Source of the DNA: Candidatus Nomurabacteria bacterium
GTDB lineage: Bacteria; Patescibacteriota; Minisyncoccia; Phycocordibacterales; UBA9973
NCBI GenBank assembly: GCA_023267215.1
Contig: JAHFNS010000002.1
Span: forward strand, 128,892-192,891
Reading direction: 5' to 3'
DNA length: 64,000 bases
The notes under the pieces are model-generated. The model made no database searches and was not told the origin of the DNA. It saw nothing but the letters and a program-made list of their open reading frames with translations. Each line of letters begins with the position of its first letter. The first letter of the stretch is position 1. This document shows positions 16,256 to 26,238 of the stretch, in pieces. The position numbers and the translations under genes were made by a program.

Positions 16256-18409
16256 TTATTTACGAGACGAGATTATTACTTCAGCCACGTTTTGTGGGAC
16301 TATGTCATAACGTAAAAATTCCATAGTGAAAGATGCACGTCCTTCAGTCATTGAACGAAGACCTGTCATGTATCCGAACATTTCAGAAAGAGGAACAACG
16401 GCACGAAGCGCTTTATTCATTCCGCGATCTTCCATACCTTCAATAATTCCACGCTTGGAAGAAAGATTACCTGTGATGTCTCCCATGAATTTTTCTGGAG
16501 TAACGACTTCCACTTTCATCATTGGTTCAAGAATAACTGGTTTTGCGCGCTTACAAGCATCTTGTACAGCCATAGAAGCTGCGATTTTAAAAGCCATTTC
16601 ATTGGAGTCCACTTCATGGAAAGAACCATCCCAAAGTTCAACAGAAACATTAACCATTTTGAATCCCGCAAGTACTCCGCGATCAAGACCTTCTTTAAAT
16701 CCTTTTTCGCAGGGAGCAATATATTCTTGTGGAATAGCACCTCCTTTAATCGTATTTATAAATTCAAAACCATTCGCTCTTTTTGTATTTTTTGGTAAAT
16801 CTTCCACTTCTTCTTTTGTAAGAGGCGTCATTGGTTTAACTTTAATTTTAACGTGACCGTAGTTTCCACGTCCACCAGATTGTTTTATGTATTTACCTTC
16901 TGCATCTGCATTATTGGTAATGGTCTCACGGTAAGCCACTTGTGGTTTACCTACATTAGCTTCAACAGTAAATTCTCTTTTCATGCGGTCTACAATAATT
17001 TCCAGATGAAGTTCTCCCATTCCAGCAATAATTGTCTCCCCTGTTTCTTGATCAGTACTAACTCGGAAAGTAGGATCTTCTTGTGCGAGACGATTGAGTG
17101 CCATACCCATTTTTTCTTGGTCTGCTTTTGTCTTTGGTTCAATACGAAGTTGAATAACAGGCTCAGGGAAAATTATTCTATCTAACTCAATTGGGTGTTC
17201 TTCGTCACAAATAGTATCAGAAGTGATAGTGTCTTTAAGTCCAACAGCCGCCGCGATTTCTCCAGCAAAAACTTTTTTCATTTCTTCTCGGTCATTCGCA
17301 TGCATACGAAGTATTCGTCCTATACGTTCTTTGTTGCGAGTACGAGGATTATAGATATAAGAACCAGCGGAAAGAGTTCCGGAATAAACTCTAAAGAAAA
17401 TAAGTTGCCCAACAAACGGATCCGTGGCAACCTTAAAGGCTAAAGCAGAAAAAGGCTCTTCGTCCGAAGCATGTCTCATAATAGGTTCATCATTATTGTC
17501 TGGATCTGTCCCCCCAATAGGTGGAATATCAAGCGGAGAAGGAAGATAGTCTACAACACCGTCGAGCACTAGCTGAACTCCTTTATTTTTTAAAGCGGAT
17601 CCAGCATAAACTGGGAAAATTTCATTAGCGATAACTCCTTTTCTTAAAAGTTTTTTCAAAACAACAGCATCAGGAATTTTTCCTTCGAAATAATCATTCA
17701 TGACAGCATCATCTTGTTCTACAATCTTTTCAATAAGTTCATGATGATATTTTTCTGCATCTGCCTTCATATCTTCTGGAATCTCTTTTTCGATAACTTT
17801 ATTACCCATTTCTCCCTCAAAGTAATAAGCTTTCATTGTGAATAAGTCCACAACACCTTCATGTTTTTCTTCAAGACCAATAGGAATTTGCATGCGAACA
17901 GCTTTCTTGGTTAGACGATCTAAAATAGTTGCATATGAATGTTCAAAAGATGCACCTATTCTGTCTAATTTATTTATAAAACAAATACGAGGAACTTTCG
18001 CTTCATCAGCATAACGCCAGTTTGTTTCTGATTGAGGTTCAACTCCAGCCACTCCGTCAAAAACAACAACAGCGCCGTCTAGTACACGAAGAGATCTTTT
18101 CACTTCTACGGTAAAATCTATGTGCCCAGGTGTATCAATAATATTAAAACGGTGTTTTTTACTTTTGTCTGTTGGGGAAGCATAAGTAGGCGTCCAGAAA
18201 CAAGTGACAGCAGCAGAAGTGATAGTGATACCTCTTTCTCTTTCTTGTTCCATCCAGTCTGTGGTAGTCTCTCCATCATGAACCTCTCCTATTTTATGAG
18301 AAACGCCAGTATAAAAAAGCACACGTTCTGTCGTAGTTGTTTTACCAGCATCGATGTGTGCAATAATTCCAATATTTCTAACTTTTTCTAGTGGATAGTC
18401 TCGTTCCAT
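16256..18409 (-). CDS. fusA: Elongation factor G
   Basis: 717 aa; [24 protein letters not shown] and EF-G domains IV/V. Confidence 0.95.
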   Translation of the reverse strand: MERDYPLEKVRNIGIIAHIDAGKTTTTERVLFYTGVSHKIGEVHDGETTTDWMEQERERGITITSAAVTCFWTPTYASPTDKSKKHRFNIIDTPGHIDFTVEVKRSLRVLDGAVVVFDGVAGVEPQSETNWRYADEAKVPRICFINKLDRIGASFEHSYATILDRLTKKAVRMQIPIGLEEKHEGVVDLFTMKAYYFEGEMGNKVIEKEIPEDMKADAEKYHHELIEKIVEQDDAVMNDYFEGKIPDAVVLKKLLRKGVIANEIFPVYAGSALKNKGVQLVLDGVVDYLPSPLDIPPIGGTDPDNNDEPIMRHASDEEPFSALAFKVATDPFVGQLIFFRVYSGTLSAGSYIYNPRTRNKERIGRILRMHANDREEMKKVFAGEIAAAVGLKDTITSDTICDEEHPIELDRIIFPEPVIQLRIEPKTKADQEKMGMALNRLAQEDPTFRVSTDQETGETIIAGMGELHLEIIVDRMKREFTVEANVGKPQVAYRETITNNADAEGKYIKQSGGRGNYGHVKIKVKPMTPLTKEEVEDLPKNTKRANGFEFINTIKGGAIPQEYIAPCEKGFKEGLDRGVLAGFKMVNVSVELWDGSFHEVDSNEMAFKIAASMAVQDACKRAKPVILEPMMKVEVVTPEKFMGDITGNLSSKRGIIEGMEDRGMNKALRAVVPLSEMFGYMTGLRSMTEGRASFTMEFLRYDIVPQNVAEVIISSRK

Positions 18410-18418
18410 ATATTTATA

Positions 18419-18889
18419 TTACCAAGCGAAATGAGCAAAAGCCTTGTTGGCTTCAGCCATCTTGTGAGTATCTTCTCTTTTCTTGATAGCAGAACCTTCA
18501 TTCTTAGAAGCAGCAATAAGCTCGTCAGCAAGTTTTAAGTGCATTTCACGTCCTTTACCTTTACGAGCAGCATCACGAATCCATCTCATAGCTAGAGCGA
18601 GTCTTCTTTCAGGACGTACTTCTCTTGGCACCTGGTAGTTCGCACCACCAATACGCTTTGAACGAACTTCTGTAAGTGGTCCTGCATTTTTCATTGCTAA
18701 GTCGAAAATCTCAAGAGGATTTGGATTGCCTGTTTTTTCTTTTATAACATCAAAAGCTTTATATACTATCTTTCTTGAAGTTTCTTTTTTACCAGACCAC
18801 ATAACGTAGTTGATAAATTTCTCCAATTTTTGAGAATTATAATTGAAATCTGGCTTAACTATATTTCGATTGTTTATTTTACGTCGCAT
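18419..18889 (-). CDS. rpsG: 30S ribosomal protein S7
   Basis: 156 aa; S7 signature region (RRLALAMRWIRDAAR, AHFAW C-terminus). Confidence 0.9.
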   Translation of the reverse strand: MRRKINNRNIVKPDFNYNSQKLEKFINYVMWSGKKETSRKIVYKAFDVIKEKTGNPNPLEIFDLAMKNAGPLTEVRSKRIGGANYQVPREVRPERRLALAMRWIRDAARKGKGREMHLKLADELIAASKNEGSAIKKREDTHKMAEANKAFAHFAW

Positions 18890-18894
18890 AATTT

Positions 18895-19317
18895 TTATTT
18901 TTTAACTACTTTTGGTCTCTTGTTTCCATAAAGAGATCTACCTTGTCTCCTCTTCTCAACTCCTTGAGTATCGAGTACTCCTCGAACAATGTGATATCTT
19001 ACTCCAATCAAGTCTTTCACACGTCCCCCACGAAGCATCACAACAGAGTGTTCTTGTAGGTTGTGTCCTTCACCAGGGATATAAGCTGTCACTTCCATGC
19101 CATTGGTTAAACGAACTCTAGCAATCTTTCGGAGAGCAGAGTTTGGTTTTTTAGGAGTAGTAGTCGAAACTTTTGTACAGACACCTCTTTTAAAGGGTGC
19201 AGGAAAAAACACTGGTCTATTTTTCAAAACATTAAATCCTCGCGCCAAAGCAACCGTTTTTGACTTGGCTTTGGTTTTAACTCTATTCTTTTTAATTAAT
19301 TGATTTACTGTTGGCAT
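18895..19317 (-). CDS. rpsL: 30S ribosomal protein S12
   Basis: [20 protein letters not shown] core. The ORF-track start at 19338 adds 7 spurious residues; the true start is probably the MPTVNQ Met. Confidence 0.9.
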   Translation of the reverse strand: MPTVNQLIKKNRVKTKAKSKTVALARGFNVLKNRPVFFPAPFKRGVCTKVSTTTPKKPNSALRKIARVRLTNGMEVTAYIPGEGHNLQEHSVVMLRGGRVKDLIGVRYHIVRGVLDTQGVEKRRQGRSLYGNKRPKVVKK

Positions 19318-19371
19318 AATTAAACAAAATAGCCCCATAGGACTATTAGAAATAATATACTATTAAAAAAT

Positions 19372-19995
19372 TTAAATTGCAAGCCCGGTAATAAGCTGAT
19401 ATAAATTAGATATTATTGGATATAAGCTGTCAGCAAAGAAAAAAATAAAAACAATTATCAAAATAAGAGAGTATTGTTCTAAAAAAGTAATAATAGAATA
19501 CAAGGAGTTAGGAAGAAGAGAAAAAAGTATTTTAGAACCATCAAGGGGAGGGATAGGAACAAGATTAAAAATAGCCAAACCAAGATTAACTAAAATAATA
19601 GAAGAAATTATAAAACCAAGTCTAACAAACACTCCACTATCTACTCCGCTATTCACAATAAAACGTAAAATGAGTCCAAAAAAAACAGCAATAAAAAGAT
19701 TAGCGATGATACCAGCGGCAGCCACAGCTACTGTCCCCCATTTTTTGTTTGTCAGGTTTAGTGGATTGTATGGTACTGGTTTTGCCCAACCAAACATAAA
19801 TGGAGAATGAGATAAAATGAGGAGCCCTGGTAAAACTATAGAACCAAACATGTCTAAGTGTTTGAGTGGGTTTAGAGTAAGACGCCCTGCATAAAGAGCT
19901 GTCTTGTCACCAAAACGCAACGCAACAAAACCATGAGAAACCTCATGAATAACAACTGACATTATAAGTATGGCTATGAAAAAAATTGTATCCAT
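19372..19995 (-). CDS. Site-2 protease family zinc metalloprotease (peptidase M50)
   Basis: HEVSHG (HExxH) in TM1 and LDG motif in a later TM; polytopic membrane protein. Confidence 0.7.
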   Translation of the reverse strand: MDTIFFIAILIMSVVIHEVSHGFVALRFGDKTALYAGRLTLNPLKHLDMFGSIVLPGLLILSHSPFMFGWAKPVPYNPLNLTNKKWGTVAVAAAGIIANLFIAVFFGLILRFIVNSGVDSGVFVRLGFIISSIILVNLGLAIFNLVPIPPLDGSKILFSLLPNSLYSIITFLEQYSLILIIVFIFFFADSLYPIISNLYQLITGLAI

Positions 19996-20061
19996 TTTAG
20001 CTAAAGCCTAGGGCCTAGTTGCCTAAAGCCTAGTTCTATGATAGCATACAGAAACTACATT

Positions 20062-20310
20062 ATGAAAACATGTGCAATATCAAAAAAAGGTTCATTGGTT
20101 GGAGGCGGGTACTCAAATAGGACTCGTGCCACAAAATTCAACCCAACCGGCAAGAAAAGGAAATATCCAAATCTTCAAAAAAAGAAGGTTTTTGTGCCTG
20201 AATTAAATAAAACTATAAAGATAGAAGTTTCAACTCGAGGCATGAGAACAATCAAGAAAAACGGTATATATAAGACTCTCCTAAAAGCAGGACTCGTAAA
20301 AGCAAAATAA
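20062..20310 (+). CDS. rpmB: 50S ribosomal protein L28
   Basis: CxxxxK..GNNxSHSNRxTKxxxxPNLQ...VSTRGMRTIKKNG pattern of L28; start probably the Met at 20062. Confidence 0.7.
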   Translation: MKTCAISKKGSLVGGGYSNRTRATKFNPTGKKRKYPNLQKKKVFVPELNKTIKIEVSTRGMRTIKKNGIYKTLLKAGLVKAK

Positions 20311-20317
20311 AACTAAA

Positions 20318-20349
20318 ACAAAAAATCCCCAAGTGGGGATTTTTTGTTT
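20318..20349. terminator. Bidirectional rho-independent terminator (rpmB / DEAD-box helicase)
   Basis: ATCCCC-AAGT-GGGGAT hairpin (20325..20340) flanked by an A-run and a T-run. Confidence 0.6.
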
Positions 20350-21622
20350 ATACAAATGTAAGAGCTATTCCTTTCTTACCAGAGCGGCCAGTACGGCCTA
20401 TTCTATGCACATAAGTTTCATAAGTTTGCGGAATATCATAGTTGATGACATGAGTCACATCTGGGATATCAAGGCCGCGGGCTGCGACGTCTGTCGCAAT
20501 TAATATATTTATTTGATCTTTTTTAAATTGTTCTAGGGTACGGATACGCTCACGACTTCTTTTGTCACCGTGAATACAACCTACCTTGAATCCCATATGT
20601 GAAAGCTCTTTAGTAAGAGTATCTACGCTGTGTTTCATCTCTCTAAAAATCAAAACTTTATCTGAACCATCTCTTTTTAATATTTCATGTAATTTTTCTA
20701 ATTTCTCTTCTTTGCTTCTTGTATGGACGACGTCTTGATCGATATTCTTTGCAGTCTCGCCAGATATGACAGAAATGAAAACAGGATCAACTAAAAACTC
20801 TGTTGTTAATTTTTTAACTTCAGGTGAAAGCGTAGCTGAAAAGAAAAGAGTTTGACGATTTTCTTTTGGAACTTTACTAAGGATAAAAACCATATCATCC
20901 CGGAATCCCATATCGAGCATTCTATCTGCCTCGTCGAGAACCACAGAATGACAAGTTGATAAATCTAAGACTTTTCTCATAATCAAATCTTTTATTCTTC
21001 CTGGTGTACCAATGACGAAAGAAACTCCTCTTTTTATTTCTGTTATCTGTTTCATTATCGGAAGTCCACCAACACAAGAGACAGAGAAAATTCCCAAACC
21101 AAAAGATAACATTCTAAAATCAGAATCTATTTGCATAGCGAGCTCTCTTGTTGGAGCCATAATCAAAATAGTTTCCCTTTTATTTTGTCCTTTCGTTTTC
21201 ACAATCTTTTCAATTAAAGGAAGAATAAAAGCTGCTGTTTTCCCTGTTCCGGTATTAGCCATACCGAAAACATCTTTACCTAAAAGAACCGAAGGAATAG
21301 CTTGATCTTGAATAGGTCTCGGATTTATAAATCCTGCTCTCGCTATATTTTTATGAATTTGGGTATCAAAAGGAAAATCAATAAAAGTGTGTTTAGAAAC
21401 ATAAGACTTCTCTTCTACCCGCTCCCCTTTTTTAATAAAACGAGAAAAATCTATGCGCTCAGAAAAACCTCTCTTTTTAGGACGGTTGTTGCTTCTCTTG
21501 AAATTACTGCCAGCAAATTTGTGGACAGGTTTACTAGAAAATTTATGGGCAGGCTTTGATTTTAAACCAAATTTAGAATGCCCGAATTTCTTCGGTTTTG
21601 ATGTAATATTATTTTTGTACAT
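20348..21622 (-). CDS. DEAD-box ATP-dependent RNA helicase with basic N-terminal extension
   Basis: Q-motif, Walker A (MANTGTGKTAAF), DEAD, SAT and HRIGRTGR motifs. Confidence 0.85.
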   Translation of the reverse strand: MYKNNITSKPKKFGHSKFGLKSKPAHKFSSKPVHKFAGSNFKRSNNRPKKRGFSERIDFSRFIKKGERVEEKSYVSKHTFIDFPFDTQIHKNIARAGFINPRPIQDQAIPSVLLGKDVFGMANTGTGKTAAFILPLIEKIVKTKGQNKRETILIMAPTRELAMQIDSDFRMLSFGLGIFSVSCVGGLPIMKQITEIKRGVSFVIGTPGRIKDLIMRKVLDLSTCHSVVLDEADRMLDMGFRDDMVFILSKVPKENRQTLFFSATLSPEVKKLTTEFLVDPVFISVISGETAKNIDQDVVHTRSKEEKLEKLHEILKRDGSDKVLIFREMKHSVDTLTKELSHMGFKVGCIHGDKRSRERIRTLEQFKKDQINILIATDVAARGLDIPDVTHVINYDIPQTYETYVHRIGRTGRSGKKGIALTFV

Positions 21623-21678
21623 AATGGGTCACTCCCAATATGTTATTAGTCGAGAATGATGTTTAAAGAATAGCATTT

Positions 21679-22194
21679 CTATTCTTTTTTGTCAAATTGT
21701 CTACCAACTACATTGTTTGAATCTTTTTTATTGAAAAGCACTTCACTATTTTCAAGTAAATAAACATTTTTTATACCAGCAGAAATCATTGTATTCCAAC
21801 AGGGCTTGCAACACCACCAATGTCCCCACAGATAAAGATCTGCTTCTTTAATATCAAACCCATGATCTAGAGCATCCTTAATCGCACGAGCCTCGCCATG
21901 GTTCCTGGGATGACACCCTTCACAAAGTTCATAACCCTCCCCTGTTGGTATGTGTTGCTTAACCCGTTCACATTCATGTGTCTCATGATAAGTACTACCA
22001 TTTGCACCACGACCAATGACTTTTTCATTTTTCACTATCAAACTAGTATTTGGCATTTCTTTGTCTAAAGAATTCTCTTTTGCATATTCTTTAGCCTCAA
22101 TCATATATTTGTTCGTCATGGGCATATATAAAATACTACGTCCTTCAGGAATATATGGAACTTCAATTTTAGGTTTTTTTGTATAACTTTCCAT
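21679..22194 (-). CDS. dCMP deaminase (cytidine/deoxycytidylate deaminase family)
   Basis: H(G)EARAI zinc-ligand motif and PCxxC (CKPCWNTMISAGI). Confidence 0.7.
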   Translation of the reverse strand: MESYTKKPKIEVPYIPEGRSILYMPMTNKYMIEAKEYAKENSLDKEMPNTSLIVKNEKVIGRGANGSTYHETHECERVKQHIPTGEGYELCEGCHPRNHGEARAIKDALDHGFDIKEADLYLWGHWWCCKPCWNTMISAGIKNVYLLENSEVLFNKKDSNNVVGRQFDKKE

Positions 22195-22223
22195 AAAGTT
22201 TTAATTCTTATATAATACACTAT

Positions 22224-23075
22224 ATGACAACTTTTGACACAATCTATCAGGGGCTTATTAAAAGAATAATGACAGAAGGTATTGATGAAGTAATTGAGAG
22301 AACGGGTCATACTTCAAAAGCATTACCCGGACTTTCATTTTCTATAGATATTGAAAAGGACGGTTTTCCTATCCTTACCTTACGTAAAAATCCTATAAAA
22401 TCACCTATAGCTGAACAAATATGGTTTATTCAAGGAGAAAAAGACGCAACGTTTTTAAGAAAATTTACAAAGATCTGGGACGCATTTATGGAAACAGATG
22501 GGACAATTTCATCTGCTTATGGATGGCGTTGGCGACATCATTTTGGAAGAGACCAACTAGGAAAAACTATAGAACTTTTAGAAAAAGAACCAGTCTCCCG
22601 ACATGGAGTGATAATTACTTGGGACCCAAAAGACGACGGATACGGAGGAACACCTAAAAAAAACGTGCCTTGCCCTTTCGCTTTTACGATAAATATACTT
22701 GGCGGTCGTTTAAATATGCATAATATAGTTCGTTCCAATGATATGATGCTCGGCTGTCCTTTTGATGTATTTGGCTTTGCTCTTTTGCAATGTATGATTG
22801 CACAACGTCTCGACTTACGCCCTGGAATATATACTCATTCAATATCAAATGCTCATATTTATGACACTCATTACGAAGGAGCTAAAGAACTTATCTCAAG
22901 AACAAACAACCATCCGAAGGTAGACCTACATTTACCAAAAGATGCATTTCGTAGAGCTGAACAAAAAGACGAAAATCTAATTGCAGAAATTTTAACAGAT
23001 TTGCAAGCTCAATATAATCCACTTCCTCCAATAAATGGTCTAGAAATTATTCCACAATATCCAGATGTAAAATAA
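22224..23075 (+). CDS. thyA: Thymidylate synthase
   Basis: Catalytic PCPFAF (PCH/PC-like) region and RSNDMMLGCPFDVFGFALLQCMIAQ, aligning with the ThyA active-site segment. Confidence 0.85.
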   Translation: MTTFDTIYQGLIKRIMTEGIDEVIERTGHTSKALPGLSFSIDIEKDGFPILTLRKNPIKSPIAEQIWFIQGEKDATFLRKFTKIWDAFMETDGTISSAYGWRWRHHFGRDQLGKTIELLEKEPVSRHGVIITWDPKDDGYGGTPKKNVPCPFAFTINILGGRLNMHNIVRSNDMMLGCPFDVFGFALLQCMIAQRLDLRPGIYTHSISNAHIYDTHYEGAKELISRTNNHPKVDLHLPKDAFRRAEQKDENLIAEILTDLQAQYNPLPPINGLEIIPQYPDVK

Positions 23076-23105
23076 TGAGTATTATAATATAAAAATAAAA
23101 TTTTT

Positions 23106-23882
23106 ATGTCAGGAATTGAAAAATTTATTAAAACAAAAGAAGATTTTAAAAAATCTTATGAGGGATTAAAAAACGAATCTAGACTCATTACTTTTGATGG
23201 AGTAGATGGAGCAGGAAAAACAGAAATCTTAAAAAGAGTGATTGAAAAATTAAAAGAAAGGTTTAAAAATGAAGGGAAAAATCCAGATGATATTGTTTAT
23301 TTAAAATGCACCAGTTTGAGAGATACAAACAGTCAAAAAAATATAAGTGAAACCATTAACAAATGTAGAGATGAAAACAATTTTTGGGACAAAAATAAAA
23401 TCGACTATATTTTAAATCTCTGGTCAGCAAAATTAAATAGGTCTTATGGTGATCATATTCTTCCTTTAACTAGAAAGGGTAAAACTGTTATCCTTGATAG
23501 ATCTGAAATTGATATATTTCGGGCAGGTATAGAGTGGGGAAACAAAGAACTGGTAGATAAAATAAAAGAATATATGGAAAATGGGACATTAACCCACGGG
23601 ATAACTGCTGCTAATAGAATATTTGTCTCTAGTGAAACAAACGACGCTTATAAAAACTTAACTGAGCGATCTAAATCATTATCTAAAAATGATCCAAGAT
23701 CACTTGATGAAATGAAAAGTCGCGTTAAAAATGAAGAAGAGGCTGAAAAACTAATAGTTGAAATACAAAAAGAAAAACCAAATGTAATAAAAGTTGAAAA
23801 CAAACGAATTGAAAATGAAAAGGAAAGAAATGTGCAGTTTGAAAAAATTGCAGAAAAAATTATCAGCAATTTAAAATTATAA
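23106..23882 (+). CDS. Thymidylate kinase-like P-loop nucleotide kinase with K/E-rich C-terminal tail
   Basis: Walker A ITFDGVDGAGKT and LPLTRKGKTVILDRSEIDIFRAG, resembling the TMK LID/DR(Y/F) region; assignment to tmk versus dNK uncertain. Confidence 0.5.
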   Translation: MSGIEKFIKTKEDFKKSYEGLKNESRLITFDGVDGAGKTEILKRVIEKLKERFKNEGKNPDDIVYLKCTSLRDTNSQKNISETINKCRDENNFWDKNKIDYILNLWSAKLNRSYGDHILPLTRKGKTVILDRSEIDIFRAGIEWGNKELVDKIKEYMENGTLTHGITAANRIFVSSETNDAYKNLTERSKSLSKNDPRSLDEMKSRVKNEEEAEKLIVEIQKEKPNVIKVENKRIENEKERNVQFEKIAEKIISNLKL

Positions 23883-23899
23883 TATTAATACATACAAAT

Positions 23900-24424
23900 A
23901 TGATTCTATCTATAATAGCTGCCATTGGTAAAAATAATGAGATAGGAAAAAAGAATGAGCTTCTTTGGAATTTACCTGCGGATATGAAACATTTTAAAGA
24001 AGCAACCTCAGGCCACACAGTTATAATGGGACAAAAGACTTTTGAATCCATTGGCCATCCTCTTCCAAATAGAAGAAACATTGTTTTAACTCAAGATAAT
24101 TTATTTCAAAGAGAAGGAATAGAAATAGTCCACTCTCTAGAAGAACTTGATGCTTTGCTTAAGACCTCACCCCAACTCTCTCCAGGAAAGGAAGAAAAAG
24201 ATGAGGAGGTTTTTGTAATTGGAGGTGGACAAATATATAAATTATTTATAGATAAAGCAGATAAACTTTACATCACTCACGTCAATGCATCTTTCCCTGA
24301 CGCTGACGCATTTTTCCCAGAAATTATTCCAATAGTCTTTCTAGAAACTTCTAGAGAAGAACATAAAAAAGACGAAAAAAACGCATATGACTATGCGTTT
24401 ACTACATATACTAGATTTCAATAA
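23900..24424 (+). CDS. folA: Dihydrofolate reductase
   Basis: ILSIIAAIGKNNEIGKKNELLWNLPADMKHFKEATSGHTVIMGQKTFESIG N-terminal DHFR signature. Contains an in-frame degenerate repeat copy (24164..24200). Confidence 0.8.
   Translation: MILSIIAAIGKNNEIGKKNELLWNLPADMKHFKEATSGHTVIMGQKTFESIGHPLPNRRNIVLTQDNLFQREGIEIVHSLEELDALLKTSPQLSPGKEEKDEEVFVIGGGQIYKLFIDKADKLYITHVNASFPDADAFFPEIIPIVFLETSREEHKKDEKNAYDYAFTTYTRFQ
24164..24200. repeat. Degenerate palindromic repeat copy E inside folA (in frame)
   Basis: ACCTCACCCCAACTCTCTCCAGGAAAGGAAG encodes TSPQLSPGKEEK. The same frame and peptide theme as the RluA insert (TSPPSSPSKGEG). Confidence 0.4.
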
Positions 24425-24427
24425 ATT

Positions 24428-24757
24428 TTAAGGGTCTTCATCTGTCTTTACTCTAATCAATACTTCTCTACCATCAGGAGTTTTCTCTTTTTTATAAACT
24501 CTTTTTGTATTTATTTCAACTTTTCTTACAAGTTCTTTTTCTAAATCGTAGCCAAGGATTTCACACATTCCAAGTAAAAAAATAGCTACATCTGCAAGTT
24601 CTTCTGATACACCTTCCTGTCCGCGATTATGTTTTGAAAAAGCTTCAGAAAGTTCTTCGTGTGCACGACAAAATTCAAGGGCAATGTCTGTGGTATTAAA
24701 ACCATGTCTTACCTTATTTGCCATCACTTCTTCTTGTAATTTCTTTAAATCAACCAT
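24428..24757 (-). CDS. MazG-like nucleotide pyrophosphohydrolase (small all-alpha NTP-PPase)
   Basis: 109 aa with an EELSEA....EELADVAIFLL pattern of the MazG/NTP-PPase family. Confidence 0.6.
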   Translation of the reverse strand: MVDLKKLQEEVMANKVRHGFNTTDIALEFCRAHEELSEAFSKHNRGQEGVSEELADVAIFLLGMCEILGYDLEKELVRKVEINTKRVYKKEKTPDGREVLIRVKTDEDP

Positions 24758-24839
24758 AATATAAATATACTCTTTCGATAATAAAAAGGCAAAAAGTATA
24801 AAAATGAAAACCGCCCTCCGAACGATTTTCGAAAAGCGG

Positions 24840-25421
24840 TTAAATAGTTATTTTTTTTAGAATTTCATTCCAATTAAAAACCCTTACCACACCCTTGGGT
24901 AAAATATCTCTATTCCAAGGATTATCATAAGCTAAAACTTTTATGCCATTTAAGGAACAATCTTTGATATGCATCAGATCATCCTCAACTATTATTTGGG
25001 CATTCAATTCTAGACAAACCTTTGATTTCTTGATTCTTTCTCCTTCTGGATGATAGGAATTTGTGTGATGAATATCTGAAAACATCCCCCCAAAATTTTT
25101 ACTAACCCATTCTCTAGTTTCTTGGATTAAAGAATATTTTCTACCAGTTACTATAAAAAAATTATATCCTAATTCTTTTAATGAAGAAATAGTTTCAACA
25201 GAACCAGAGACAGGAATAATTTCCTTAAAATAATCAGACATATAAAAATTATCAATTCTATATCTAGTTTCTTGTTCTGAAACACCCAAAATCATGGGAT
25301 ACTGATAAGAAAAGAAATCTTTTTTTTCTAATTTTGTCCCATATTTATTATTATGGAACAAAATAAAATTACTGGTAAAATCACCCAGTACATCATCAAT
25401 GTCTACAGCGATATTGTCCAT
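24840..25421 (-). CDS. 5'(3')-deoxyribonucleotidase (HAD superfamily, NT5C-like)
   Basis: N-terminal HAD motif VDIDDVLGDF (DxDxV) and overall NT5C-like length. Confidence 0.6.
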   Translation of the reverse strand: MDNIAVDIDDVLGDFTSNFILFHNNKYGTKLEKKDFFSYQYPMILGVSEQETRYRIDNFYMSDYFKEIIPVSGSVETISSLKELGYNFFIVTGRKYSLIQETREWVSKNFGGMFSDIHHTNSYHPEGERIKKSKVCLELNAQIIVEDDLMHIKDCSLNGIKVLAYDNPWNRDILPKGVVRVFNWNEILKKITI

Positions 25422-25521
25422 TTTTTGTTCCTCTAATAATTTAATTTAAAAAAGAATTATTTTTCTTTAAACTACCCCAAAACACCCTAAAAGTAAAGTA
25501 TCTGGAGATTGAGATGCTTTA

Positions 25522-26238
25522 CTAGCTCTTTTTTATTTTTTGGAAAAGTGGCAAATACAAATCCTCTTTTGGATCGATAAGGAGTTCTTTTTTATTTACT
25601 TTTTCTATAAATTCTACTGGTGCGTCTGTTATAAGGGCAAGGGGTTGCTGTTCTTTCCCTTCTCCCATACAAAGCACGGCAGCGGTAGCAAGACTATCTG
25701 CTATATCAGTTTTAGACATTTTTAAAACTCTACCAAAAATATCTTTTTTACCTATATAATTTTTTATCCCTTTAAATCCTGAATAACCAAGAGCTACTCC
25801 AACAACCCCTGCTCGCAGTGGAAAAATTCTACTATCAGTAATTAAAACACCTAAATTTTTTATTTTAAATTTTTTCTTTAGTTCTTTTCTAATAAAATCT
25901 GAAGATCGAAAACTATCTTTGGGCAAAAGAACAAACTTTCCTTTTGCATTAGATTCATCTATTCCAGCTGAAGCCATGACCATTCCATCTTTAATGGTAA
26001 GCCAAACAAGCTTAGTTTTGATAGCAAAACTGCTTTCTTTTTTTATAAGTTTTATTTTCTGAGTATTTTTTTCTTTCTTATTTTCAAATTCAACTGTTCT
26101 GTCTTCCGAAAGAGAAACAATTTTAGAAGTGATAACTAAAACAGATTTTTCTGGAATCTTTTTTATATATTTTTGAATGAATTTTATTAAATCTTCATTC
26201 TCTTTAAATATTCTGGTTCTGATTGGAATAATTTTCAT
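25522..26238 (-). CDS. CofE-like protein (F420-0:gamma-glutamyl ligase family homolog)
   Basis: VLVITSKIVSLSEDR, SAGIDESNAKG..LLPKD, GVLITDSR..RAGVVGVALGYSGF...YIGKKDIFGR and LCMGEGKE align with conserved CofE blocks as recalled from memory. Confidence 0.65.
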   Translation of the reverse strand: MKIIPIRTRIFKENEDLIKFIQKYIKKIPEKSVLVITSKIVSLSEDRTVEFENKKEKNTQKIKLIKKESSFAIKTKLVWLTIKDGMVMASAGIDESNAKGKFVLLPKDSFRSSDFIRKELKKKFKIKNLGVLITDSRIFPLRAGVVGVALGYSGFKGIKNYIGKKDIFGRVLKMSKTDIADSLATAAVLCMGEGKEQQPLALITDAPVEFIEKVNKKELLIDPKEDLYLPLFQKIKKS

